A stretch of 64,000 nt of DNA from NCBI GenBank assembly GCA_964035545.1, contig OZ037769.1:9888633-9952632 (forward strand). The letters are read 5' to 3'. Below the pieces are notes generated by a model, which searched no databases, had not been told where the DNA came from, and saw only the letters and a program-made list of their open reading frames with translations. Position 1 is the first letter of the stretch, and every line of letters starts with the position of its first letter. Shown in pieces: positions 1 through 10,972 of this stretch. Made by a program: the position numbers and the translations under genes. Source of the stretch: Bugula neritina (Eukaryota; Animalia; Bryozoa).

Positions 1-1047
1 ACTCTGACTCTTGTAGCGAGCGTGCTCTGTGTCGAGCCTGTCGGGCACGTAGCCGCCTCTTCAGTCGCCCCACTGAGTCCTTCAGCTGGTATAGACCTGT
101 CGTCGTATCCAGCAGGTCAGGGGCCAGTTGCGTAAACTCGGCTTGTAGTTTTATAAGCCGCTCTTCTACATTAGCCAGTCGGCTAGGCCTTGGTGGGGTT
201 GTAGTAGTCTCTGTTATTGGGGGTATTGTTGTTCCTTCTAATTCGAGGGTGTTGCTAGGGTTGACGGGGGTAGGAGACGGGCCCTGAACCATAGGGGACT
301 TATGGTGGGCGGATAACAGCAGTACTTGGAACCCTGACGCTAGTGCGGCCAGGGTGATGGCCTTCTTGATGACTGGCTTGATGGTGTCCATGTACTGGGG
401 GAAACTGTCCTCATCAACAATATGGTTCTCTCCGGCGAAGCAGCTCAACTTATGGACTATCACAGGATACGGGTATACATCGTGGAACCCGCATGGGCAG
501 AAATGAAGTAGAAAATGGGCGTCTACATGCAGACGCAGGGAGCGGTGTGACGGGCACTCCTCGAAGCAGACCTGGCAGGTCCGGTGGGGTCCACTGGGTT
601 CCCAGGCTTCCTCAATTCTCCTTTCCGTCGTGGGTGACACCCAGCGGTGTCGTCGACGAAGCACCACGGGTAAGCCATTCTCCATTACAGGTTCTTCTTC
701 CATAGGTAGAGAGGTTGGCTGGTCCCGTGACCGGGAGGTGGTCACTCGAGTGTGATCTGAAAGAGTAACAGTGTTAAAGATTATACACTGAGGTACCGTC
801 GGCGTGTACAGCCTGACCGGTACTCTGTTCAGTTACACTCGTGATATTCAGGCTAATGAATAGTTGATGGAGAACACACTCGCTATGGCAGATTATTTAA
901 AATCAAAGTCGACGTGTATTCCCACCACTGTTTATCATTATCGAATCTCCAGCTCGCTAGCTAGTGTAGCTAAAGCTGACTGATGCAGTCTAGTTATCGT
1001 ACCAAAAACATAATTAACTCACCCTTCGATCCAGAATAGTAAGACAT
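1..1047 (-). CDS. Accessory zinc-finger/coiled-coil protein (ORF3) of copy A; predicted exons 1047-1023 and 756-<1
   Basis: Hand translation (missing from the ORF track because it runs off the window): CQVCFEECPSHRSLRLHVDAHFLLHFCPCGFHDVYPYPVIVHKLSC...RLANVEERLIKLQAEFTQLAPDLL, homologous to ORF3 of B and C. Donor AAGG|GTGAGT at 1022, acceptor ACTCTTTCAG| at 757. Confidence 0.8.
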
Positions 1048-1070
1048 TTTGGAATGAGAGTGGTAAATGA

Positions 1071-2671
1071 TTACTGTTTAGTGGCACGTCTACTCTTGAC
1101 TGCATCAACGTAGGAAAAGACCGGACAGCGTGGTTGTGAAACGTGACTAGGGCTTTTCACTTCCCGCGGATGAATCTCGTGTGAGATTCCGCCAAGGCAA
1201 AAGTTGAGATTTCCGTGGTGTTCACAACTCCCACGTCTCTTTGCCTGTTTTCCCACGCGAGACCTCGCTAGACTCTTGTAACTGCCGCTTGTACCGCGGT
1301 CACGTACACAGTCTCTGAGACACGCTGGGGGTTGCCTAGTGTGTGGTCCTGGAGGCGTCGTCACTGTGGGAGGCGGTGTGCTCACCCGTGGATTGTTATG
1401 TCTCACGGGTGGTTTTTCCAGCCTGTTTGTGACGGTTGTTCCTACGTTGGTATCTCCTTGCGGAGCCCCTCCCACGGGGGTTTTTTGCACTTCCGGACCC
1501 GTTTTTGGTTCCGGAAGTGGTGGTGATGGCAGGCTTGACGTTGGGGGTGGTGGGCGCACTTTCAAGGACGGAAGTGGCCTTTCTCGCCTCGCCAAGTCTT
1601 CCTGAGGTGTCATGGAGGTGTTTCCGGCCAGGACGACAGTCTCCGCCTGCCAAGACCTTCTCGCACAATGCGTCTGCCGCCCGCTTCACCAGGGAGACGG
1701 CTATGCTTGTTGGTCTGGCAGACTTCGCACCGTCTCACTCTGCGCCGGATATCCCGCTCCATGTTGGGCCAATACCACCGGAGTTGTAGCTTGGTGACCA
1801 CCCCTTGGACTCCTCCGTGAGTCTTCTCGTGGGTGTCTTGTATCAACTCCCGGCGGATGGCAGCTGGGCAGACGATCCTTTTCCTGGCTGGTTGTCTGTT
1901 GTTGGCGGCCAAGGTCATGGTCAGCAGACCATCTGGCCCGACCCGCAGAGAGTTCCAACGTTGACAGTACAGCCGTAACTCGGCGCATCCCTGTCGCCGT
2001 TGTTTACTACTGGGTCGTCGCCCTTCCTGTTTCGCTCGGTACACGTCGGCTACCACCCCAGGAAGGCTTTCCTGGAGCTTTGGCAGCTCCCTAACGTTAC
2101 CAGCCCATACAGGTTTAGCGCGGAGGCTCTGGACAGCCTCCGGGGGCGTGTCAGCCCTCTGTTGGAGTTGCTGAGCAGGGGCGGTCTTCGCCGCCCGTGG
2201 TACCTCACGACGGCCTGCTCTATTTAGGCGGGCGTCGTGGTCTGTGTGGAGGAACGCCTCACTGTACCCATGTGGCAACCTTGCCATAGCCTGGCGCTTC
2301 CCGTTGCCTGTGTAGCCACGCGTCCCTGGAGGATGGGAGGCGTGGGTTGGGACGGCCCTCCGCCCTTGAGACGGGCTCTGCTGAGGACCTTCCGTCGTAG
2401 CTCCCGACGACGGCCCAATGGCTTCCTCCCGGACAGGATGGAAGCGGCCCAGCATGGACCTGGGTGGTAGGTATACTGTCTCTGAGGAGGGGTTGACACA
2501 CTGCACTGAGATCTCTCCTTGTCCCGTAAGCCGGCTAAAGCTATGGGCAAGTTGGATTCTTGAGTGCGTACTTTCGACAACTCCCAACTTAGAGGTTTGG
2601 CCACCGTCTACTTTGCAGCGGACGGTAGCCCGGGAGTGGCCTGGTATCGTACAGCTCCGTACTACCTGCAC
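1071..2671 (-). pseudogene. Deleted pol remnant of copy A: post-protease spacer, integrase HHCC region and Pol tail
   Basis: ORF 1610-2671 joins QVVRSCTIPG... directly to GNVREL...HEKTHGG...CEVCQ. ORF 1071-1613 carries RQPPACLRDCV...FSYVDAVK, as in the tail of B. Confidence 0.85.
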
Positions 2672-2969
2672 TGCTCCTGCACTGCTTAGCCTTGTCCGTC
2701 AGCGCCATCCTGAGCTTGAGCAACGCCACTCTTGGTGGCCACTGTGCAACTTCCATCACATCTTGGAATTCTTGGATAAACTGCTCCACTGCTTCTTCGC
2801 CTGTGAAGGTGGGCGCCTTCAGCCGGTATCTGTCTTCACCATGCTCTCTAGGAATTCTCACTTCTTCTAACACTACTGGTTCCACAGGTATATCAACATT
2901 ATCTCTCTCACCTTCATTCAGTGGAATGGGTAGCTCCGTGCCGTCTTCTGCCATGACTGCTATACGCAA
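2672..2969 (-). pseudogene. Truncated gag of copy A
   Basis: YRLKAPTFTGEEAVEQFIQEFQDVMEVAQWPPRVALLKLR matches Gag of B; the match stops at a deletion junction near 2670-2690. Confidence 0.85.
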
Positions 2970-2970
2970 G

Positions 2971-2988
2971 ATCCCACTTCTGCCACCA
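2971..2988 (-). promoter_or_regulatory. Primer-binding site (tRNA-Leu-like) of copy A
   Basis: TGGTGGCAGAAGTGGGAT one base after the LTR end; differs at 2 nt from the PBS of B. Confidence 0.8.
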
Positions 2989-2989
2989 C

Positions 2990-3342
2990 TGTAGTAATTC
3001 GTGCAATTACTGTGCGTGAGTTATCTACTTGCGTATACTTAGTTGGCTATTCTACTAGCAATTACTAGGGTAGCTGTCGAGTAATTATATTTATTATCCA
3101 CAATAAAACATAAAGCAAACATTGCATCAAATTATCCTATACATCAGTCAACTACTAACACATGTTTCTACTTCAAGCCTCCGCTTACAACAACGTGATC
3201 AATTGTCAATAGCCCGGGAAGTGTCACGTGAGTCGGAAGCATATCTTCCGGTGCTGCTAATTGGTTGCTACATAAGGGCCTTAGTATTCCCAGAACGGAG
3301 AGAGGGCGATTCCCGTATTTGTACTTTGCATGACTCACTACA
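2990..3342 (-). repeat. 5' LTR of copy A (353 bp)
   Basis: TGTAGT...ACTACA termini, adjacent PBS, and a U5 end nearly identical to that of the C LTR. Confidence 0.85.
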
Positions 3343-5541
3343 CTATAACTACCAAAACAGCACCATAATAATTATTTTATGAACAATAAATTGAGCTCAC
3401 ACTTATTGCCATGTTAATTATGGAAAAGGAGGCTTATGTAAAACATAAAAACACTTTCTTAATAATATAGCTACAACACCTCTAAAACAAGTTCAATTAA
3501 TTGTTTATGAGAATATTGAGTAATAGTATAACATTTATTTGATCTCGTTAGCAGTTGTAGGCAAAGCAAAAAGCATTTAATATTATTGTGCAGTTATAAA
3601 TATATTTTATAGCCTATACTGATATTAAAATTGTTGCTCAAAAATGCTGGCAAAATACTTTTTTAAAGTAATAGAAGTTTGAAAGCATATAACAATCATT
3701 ACTTATGAGCTCTATCATAAAAGCATGCTGACTACTTCCACTGATTTATTCACGCCATTTAATTATGCATTGCAAATATTATTATACTATTGTAATAATG
3801 GGTGGGCACAGGTAAAAATGATATTTATTTCAGAGATTATAAAAAGTCAAGTAACACAACAAAGTTTGCAAATGCAGACATGAAAATGTGTATATTCCAG
3901 CTTGAGATTCAAGTCTGAAATTCAGACTTATCCAAGTTGAATTGATTCACAAGAACAAAAAAATTCAATAAAATTATAACTTGTACAAGCATGTAATGAA
4001 ATATTTAATTTATTAGCATAACTGGAAGAAAGATCTGTTTTCTCTATAAGTTGTTTGACTACATAATACATGTTTGACAAATGTTATTTCAAAATGAAAT
4101 GAAACTGTCATATTGTTTGGCTAGACATGCACCCCATTGTCACATTTTTTGGCAAAATATATGACTGGGATTCAGTAGTCAATCAGTTAAGTTCGACACA
4201 AGCAGTTGTCCCCTCCATTCCGAAGACCAATAACAGGAACATCTATAATAACCAACATGGAAAGTACTTAAAATTACATTTCAGTTTACAACAATCCTTA
4301 AAATACATGTTGCCTTCTACAAATGCTAAATAAGAACACGGTGTAATGCTATGCTTACTTAGACTAAACCTTGCTGATTTAGAATGAAGTTCATTTATTT
4401 CAATTTGAAAATTCCTGTTAATAACTTGATTCTATGCTAGCAACTAATTGTAATACTGAAATCACACTGCTGCTTTTAGTTTAAGAAATCCATTTTCATT
4501 ATTGGTTCAATATACAGTGCAATATATTTAGAGGCTTTTCTATTATTAACAAACAATGGGTATACAGACAGATGAAAGACTAGGTCTACAAGAATTTTTT
4601 GCCTAACAAAGAAATGAAAGAGTGCATAAAAATTAAAAACTCTAAAAACTTGCAATTTGAATGAGGCTCAGGCTTTCAGGTGAGCAAGAGAAACCAGAAG
4701 AGTACTTTAATGAATGAAATTACTGATTGATTGTTTATTTGCAGACTGCATTATGTATTTGATTGTCACAACCACCTTTGAAATGGGAAACTCCATTAAA
4801 TTGAGACTACTGGCAATCAACAGAATGATAAGCAAAATTACCAAGTAGAAATTCACTTCTCAAAGCAAACTGTAGATCATACATTATAGATGCTTAGAAG
4901 AAGCAGGCAATAGTGAATGCTAGTGTAGATCAGTATTCTACACTATGACCAGTAAACTGAAATTCCAGTGCACTTTGAACTTTTTTTTAAAAATGGGCTT
5001 AGTGCTTTATAGTACCTTAAAATTCTTTCAAGTCTAATTGGCACCATGCTATTAGAATGCACAGATAGATAACCCTTTAAAATTCTGTCGATATCTTCAC
5101 GATTTTCAGTCAGAGATTCAATTTATCCAGGATTGAAACTTCACAAAGTTGCATTGTGAAGCCACTGGTCAAAATGTTTGGTTTGTGATAACTTGACCAG
5201 CTGATTTCAGAATAACCATCACTGGGAATGTTAACTTCATGTAGATACAGATATTTATGTTTATAATTATGTAGGCTGCCTTCATCAATTATCGATCTTA
5301 TGCTGCCAAATCGACTAATTAATTACATTTTGAAACTCCAAAGGACATCGAATAGCAATTAAGCAAGTTAGATTTTCAATATTTTAAACCAAACTGCTGT
5401 ATCAACATAATTTAAACAATTTTCAGTAAGACTATAACTAGGAACTTTGGCGAGTAGTATTGTAATGGATTTTCATCCTCTATTTATTCTGAAGTAACTG
5501 CGTGGGTCAGTATTATTGTGATATTTTTGTGGGTTGAATAG

Positions 5542-5949
5542 TGTGGTAGATTTTAGTGGTGCAATTATTATTGTATTAATCGAAAAGGTTCACTTTATAT
5601 TGTTTATTATCTTGGGAGTTCGACACTGTCGGAGTGTAGCTATGGACAGCAGTGGCACCATTAGTAACCACCAATCAGGACAGTCACACTAATTGATAGC
5701 AGGTGGAGCTAGCTACTCGTAGTTGCAGTGCGCTGAGTAGCTAGCCGGCAGAGCAGCTTGGGACTTCATTTAGAGTAGTTGTGTATTAAAGCTCACTAAT
5801 TATGTAATCGTTTTCTATTCATGTTAGCAGTAAATAACCTTCTTGTATTTGTGTAAATAATAAAGTATCTTATCGTAAACAACCTGGTGCAGTGGCTTTG
5901 ATTAAGTAGACCCACACATAATAATAGTGAACTGGCAAAATTCACTACA
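5542..5949 (+). mobile_element. Solo LTR (408 bp)
   Basis: TGTGGT...ACTACA termini, 4-bp ATAG duplication at 5538-5541 and 5950-5953, internal AATAAA, no PBS or PPT beside it. Confidence 0.7.
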
Positions 5950-6136
5950 ATAGAACTAGTGCCTGAACATACTCTTTGTTAGAGAGAACAAGATGTATTG
6001 TAAAGGTGAAGAAATCTTTATTTAATCGAATGATATAATATATTGAAGGTCCTCTGCCAGTGAGCTCCAGTAGTAGACTGCACTACACTGGAGCTCACTG
6101 GCTTTTATATACAACAAGATACAGTGCTTTTTCATT

Positions 6137-6285
6137 GTTGCCGAGATCGGAGGCCCAAAACGCCGAACTTCGGCATTTCGGCAGTCCGAAACACCGAATT
6201 TCGGCACTTCGGGCTTTCGGTAGCCCGAAATGCCGATTTTCGGTATTTCGGCATTTCGGAAAGCCGAAATGCCGATCTCGGCAAC
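6137..6285. mobile_element. Small foldback/MITE-like element
   Basis: Perfect 14-bp inverted ends GTTGCCGAGATCGG / CCGATCTCGGCAAC; interior built of CCGAAATG/CATTTCGG-like 8-mers; no clear TSD. Confidence 0.55.
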
Positions 6286-7493
6286 CGGAACCAAGTGCAT
6301 GCAAAATCCATTACATTATAATTACTTATTGCGTATCATTTTGAATGCTATAATTGTAGCTAAGTTGAGCAAGCTTTCTAATGCCTAATTATTGAGATTG
6401 TTGTTAAAGCTTTCAGTGTAATGTAATTTTCATGAAATACGCATTCCGGAGTTATATTCTTTTTTACCATTTTATCGTTTTTGTAACAATACTGATATTG
6501 GAAATTTGTTGTCCGAAATTCTTGTTCTCTCTTACAAAGAGATATGTTCAGCACGTAAGTTTCATTGAACCCACAAAGTTACTACAATATTAACTGAAAC
6601 TTAGTATTTTTTTCAGTAAAGGTATAAACTAAACTCAACAGAAACTTAAAAACGGTAATTAAACTTTATGCTTTGGCAACATGTACACAATAAATTCCTT
6701 CATGGTGCAAACATCTTTGTTGGTTGTTTTTCAACATTTTCACTAGAGCAAAGTTGAAAGCAATTTGGAAACTGCATAGTGACGCAAATTATTGACACAT
6801 CATCACCTAAGAACTTTAGCAAAGCCTCCATCAATAGTTTGTAATACTTTAAGCAAATCTAAAAAGAAAGAAACAATATTTTTTTTGTAATCTAACCCAT
6901 CAATAAACACATCAACAGTTAGTGCGGCCATGGTTTAAACCTCATTATTTTCATGCTACTTTAAGGCTTTTGCAAGCTAAAAGATGTAAGTCATCAGTAA
7001 GAGAAATTTTAGGTGTATGAAATAAATAGAAGTGTAAAAGCAAACAGGAATAAAGGAAGGATGAGTTAGTTAGTTACGAGTTAGTGGACGTACTTTTACT
7101 TGTGACTCACACTTTTAAACAATAGATGAGCTAAGTTGTAAAATTTTGATAACCACCTTTTACACTATAAATTTATGCGGCATAAAATATTCTTCACATA
7201 TTCAACAGCTACGAAGGTTTGTTGAAGATAAACTTCCTCAACAAGTATACAGAAAAAAGCTGCTTGAATGCCACATTTGGTTAGCATGTTATAGGAGTAT
7301 TTGTGTTTCATGTTTATATACATTGATTTAGTCATTTAACTGATAACTAATGATTTCACTTTGTTTTTCATTTAATAAAAACTAAGTTTAGTTTGTATAA
7401 AAAACAGCAATTATTTGGATTCAAGTGATGATCACTTTTTTCTCACCCTACACTGCGTAGGCAAACAATTGGTTAGTTTTGAAGGTGACTAGT

Positions 7494-7618
7494 CAATATT
7501 CCGAAGGTCCATTGATCCGAAGGTCCATTGATCCGAAGGTGCATTGATCCGAAGGTCCATTATTCCGAAGGTGCATTGATCCGAAGGTCCATTATTCCGA
7601 AGGTGCATTAGTCCGAAA
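7494..7618. repeat. 16-bp subterminal tandem repeats in the left MULE TIR (mirror copy at 19867-19959)
   Basis: CCGAAGGT(C/G)CATT(GAT/ATT) units, about 7 on the left and 5 on the right. Confidence 0.9.
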
Positions 7619-9767
7619 ATTAGTAACACAGGATTATATCACTGAGAATATCATAAATTTCACTCACAATCTTGCTATATTATTGCTAGCTGTGGGTGGC
7701 ATACGTGTTGCCTACTTGTGATTGTTTAGCCTGAGATTACTTTATGAAGCTGTCTCAATTAAGGTTGCATTATCTATCAACTTTCCATAAATAAAGTACA
7801 CAGCAATCGATTTGCTAGCTTGTCAGCTAGCAAGCCTGTAATTAGCAGTCTATATGCGTCATTTCCATTTATAAAAAAAACTATATAAGCTATTGAAAAT
7901 TTCAAAAAGGTACCTCTGAGCAACAGGAAGATCTACAACATGGTTTTTCAATTTTACTTTAGGTGAGGTTTTATTTGGCAGCACTGAATTTTTATATACT
8001 AGTAATGCAGCCTCAGCAAAACAGTTACAGCTAAAAGGTTGCCCTTATCTACATATCTTGTGGAGTTGTTTGGTTTGGTGTATATGGTGTGCAGCTTTGG
8101 TTATTTAATTTTCGAATAGTGTCCAAGATGTTTATAGTTTTTTGTCTATAATGCTTATATTTATAGCAGAAAAACTTCAAATAAAACTCTTAAGGTCAAT
8201 GTAACAATTGGCTGATTATCAATATTTAAACTTCATGCTAATCATATAATATTTGACTACCCAACAAAAATAGTGTGTGGCAATGTATAGACAATTTTAA
8301 GCAAAGAATGTTATTAACTTTTCTCATCATTTCTTATTATTTTCAGATCTGTTGTGAATAAAAATTGATGTATTATATATGCTACAGGGTTTAATCATTT
8401 AGTAGCACAAGCAAGCCGCAAGCATTTCTTACTATCTCCCCTATTTTAAAGTTTGTGTTGAAGTGACAGGAGACAGAAATTTCAACTATTCAAACAAAGA
8501 AAAATAAAACAGCCTGAACATTTTTCTTTATTGTGTAGTATTTGAGAGTAGACTTGTCCAAATATTTGCTGCAGTGCAGAATTTATAAATAGCAAAGTGC
8601 TTTTGAAGTTACAGCCAAAGAAATAGGCTAATTCTAGGATCTTTGTATTAAGCTCAAACTAAAATACCCTTCTTGGCAGCTACTCTTTAGTAAATTAAAA
8701 GCCTGTAACCTTACTTAAACTTCCTCATTAAAAATTATAATGGAGATCAAAAGAAACCCGGCAAAAACCAGCTATTACCCCTTGTATACATAATTATAGG
8801 GATGTGTTCTCTTTTAGACCTTAGTAGAAGTAATTTGCAGTAACGCATAGTTTTCTCTGTAACAAGCAGTATATAAATAAGAAATTTTGTGAAACCCATC
8901 ATTCTACCATTTGAAAGTTACAGTTCAGCTAGGTAATGCTTGCGGAGCAGTTATACTACATTTAAATACTATAATAACTAAATACTACACTGATAGAAAA
9001 AGTGCGTGTTTTGACCCGAAACAGTAATAAAAAGTTGTGCAGAAGGTTGGAGACAGCAGAAGGTATGTATCTTTTTAAGTAGGATATTATTTTAATTTTT
9101 TAAGGCTCATAAAATATATTTACACTGTTTTAATTGTAGTTAATAGACTGTCAATTTTATGAGAACGTAGATAATTTTGTTTATGTAACAACTTACTAAA
9201 ATATGGATGTTTTTTTAAAATAATTTGAATCATTAAACCAAGTAAGTTATACTTATTTGTTGATTGAGAAAACTATCATAATGCCTACCAAAAAAAACAT
9301 GCGATGTCAAGTGGTCCTCCAGTATCAAACATCTTAATTTAATATTTACCTGCAAATTATTATTTTGCTTTGAAAGCAGCTTTATAGATTGTTAATTTTG
9401 TTACTTTGTTTTCAGGGATAGTGTTTGACCTTTACGTTAATATATATTTACGCAGTCATCATGGCCTTTATTCAAATGGGATTAAGAGGAGGGAAAATTT
9501 TGATTAACAATGGATACAGATACCAAAAAACAAAGTGACAAGTCATAAGATATTCTGGAGATGTTGGCGAACAGCCTGTAGAGCTTCTCTTCAAACTGAC
9601 TTGTTTAATCTAGAGGAGGAAAATCCTAACATAACAATATTGCAAGTAAGTCAATGCATTTTGATTGTTGAAACAGGAAACAAAATTGTCTATGTAATAG
9701 ACATATAATTTTGTTTTACCATTTTATGCTTGTGAATTTTAAAATTGCTACACTGGCCTGATGATAA

Positions 9768-10072
9768 TGTGGTGGCTCGTGGAGCTACCAGCAACACAAT
9801 ACGCAAGGTTGCGTATTGACCCGGAACAATGTATTAGCCAATTAGCTAGGCTGTTTTATGGGAGTAGTAGCAGCTTCGCGCTACTAGCTCAGTTGAGGAT
9901 AGTGCTGTAAATTAAATAGACGTGCGTATCATTACTGTTGTACATTAGATTTTATTATGTATTCTTGGATTAAAATATAACGATATCTACTCGACTTAAC
10001 TCGGTGAAGTTTCTCTAGTGATAAATAGACTCTCTTGGTGACACATCAACCCTATATCTGAAAATCATAACA
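9768..10072 (+). repeat. 5' LTR of copy B
   Basis: Direct repeat of 16909-17213. Confidence 0.97.
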
Positions 10073-10073
10073 G

Positions 10074-10091
10074 TGGTGGCAGCGGTGGGAT
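10074..10091 (+). promoter_or_regulatory. Primer-binding site, tRNA-Leu
   Basis: TGGTGGCAGCGGTGGGAT is complementary to the 3' end (ATCCCACCGCTGCCA-CCA) of metazoan tRNA-Leu(AAG/TAG), recalled from knowledge. Confidence 0.88.
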
Positions 10092-10105
10092 AGTGTATAT
10101 CAAAG

Positions 10106-10972
10106 ATGGAGACTGAAAATGCTAGAATGCAACCACCCCCAGTAGAAGGTGAGCGTAGAAATGCTGTTAATCCTGTGAATCGTGAAGGAGAAGAAGCTTA
10201 TAGACATTGCTTGAAGGCTCCCACCTTTACTGGGTCGGAAGATGTCGAACAATTTATACAAGAATTTAGAGAAGTAATGGAAGTTGCTCAATGGCCGCAT
10301 AGAGTGGCCCTTATTCAATTGCGGAGAGCGGTGACGGAGCAAGCCAAGCCGTACGGAGTGGGAACGGACGTAGACGGGATACTGGCTGCGCTGCGGGCCC
10401 GTTTTGGCACCTCCGTAATAGACGCTAGGACCAAGCTAGAGAGATTGTGCCGCAACCCGCGGACCTCGCTGCAAGAACATGCCGCGACGGTGAAGAAGCT
10501 GGCGCAGATTGCATATAGCGATCTGCCAGCACAACACCAAGAGCGTTACACCTATGACGCCTTTGTCCAGTCACTAAACGACCTGGGCCTAGACCATCAC
10601 CTACGAGCTAAAGGGATAACCAGAATAGAGGATGCCCTGAAGGCTGGAGAAGCTTACCTGTTGGCTACCCAAATGCATCGAGCACAAAGGAACCCACCAG
10701 TAGTTGGAGTCAGCGCTGCCAGGGCTACGACAGGCTCCGAAGCCCTCCCGCTGGAAGCCGAAGTGGACCGTATGGTAGAGATGCTGGGACAACTGGTAAC
10801 CATTCTGGCCGGTGCTGGCCCCGGTCAGGCCCTGCGGGTGCCCCCAACCCCTGTGGGGCAGGGCTGGAGTAGCGCTGATCAGGACCAGGGACAGAAAGGA
10901 CGACCCCAATACCAGGGGGCGTTAAACTGTCACGGCCCGCGGAACCTCTCCCTCCCCGCGGGCCGCAACTAA
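10106..10972 (+). CDS. gag: Gag of copy B (288 aa, no CCHC knuckle seen)
   Basis: First ORF after the PBS; capsid-like PTFTGSEDVEQFIQEF segment conserved in copies A and D. Confidence 0.88.
   Translation: METENARMQPPPVEGERRNAVNPVNREGEEAYRHCLKAPTFTGSEDVEQFIQEFREVMEVAQWPHRVALIQLRRAVTEQAKPYGVGTDVDGILAALRARFGTSVIDARTKLERLCRNPRTSLQEHAATVKKLAQIAYSDLPAQHQERYTYDAFVQSLNDLGLDHHLRAKGITRIEDALKAGEAYLLATQMHRAQRNPPVVGVSAARATTGSEALPLEAEVDRMVEMLGQLVTILAGAGPGQALRVPPTPVGQGWSSADQDQGQKGRPQYQGALNCHGPRNLSLPAGRN

Larger units (their letters stand above)
1..3342 (-). mobile_element. Ty3/Gypsy LTR retrotransposon copy A, internally deleted and non-autonomous; 3' end lies outside the window
   Basis: 5' LTR 2990-3342, tRNA-Leu-like PBS, and gag/pol remnants similar to copy B. 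Protease, RT/RNase H and the integrase core are absent. Zinc-finger accessory ORF at the 3' end. Confidence 0.9.

Noticed and set aside
7494-7618. Regular 16-bp repeats that look superficially CRISPR-like
   Set aside because: No unique spacers, mirrored at 19867-19959 as part of transposon TIRs, and eukaryotic context.
9758-9767. Other CTGATGA words (9759, 18561, 41728, 59007) as hammerhead cores
   Set aside because: No stem II followed by GAAA and no stem I pairing.
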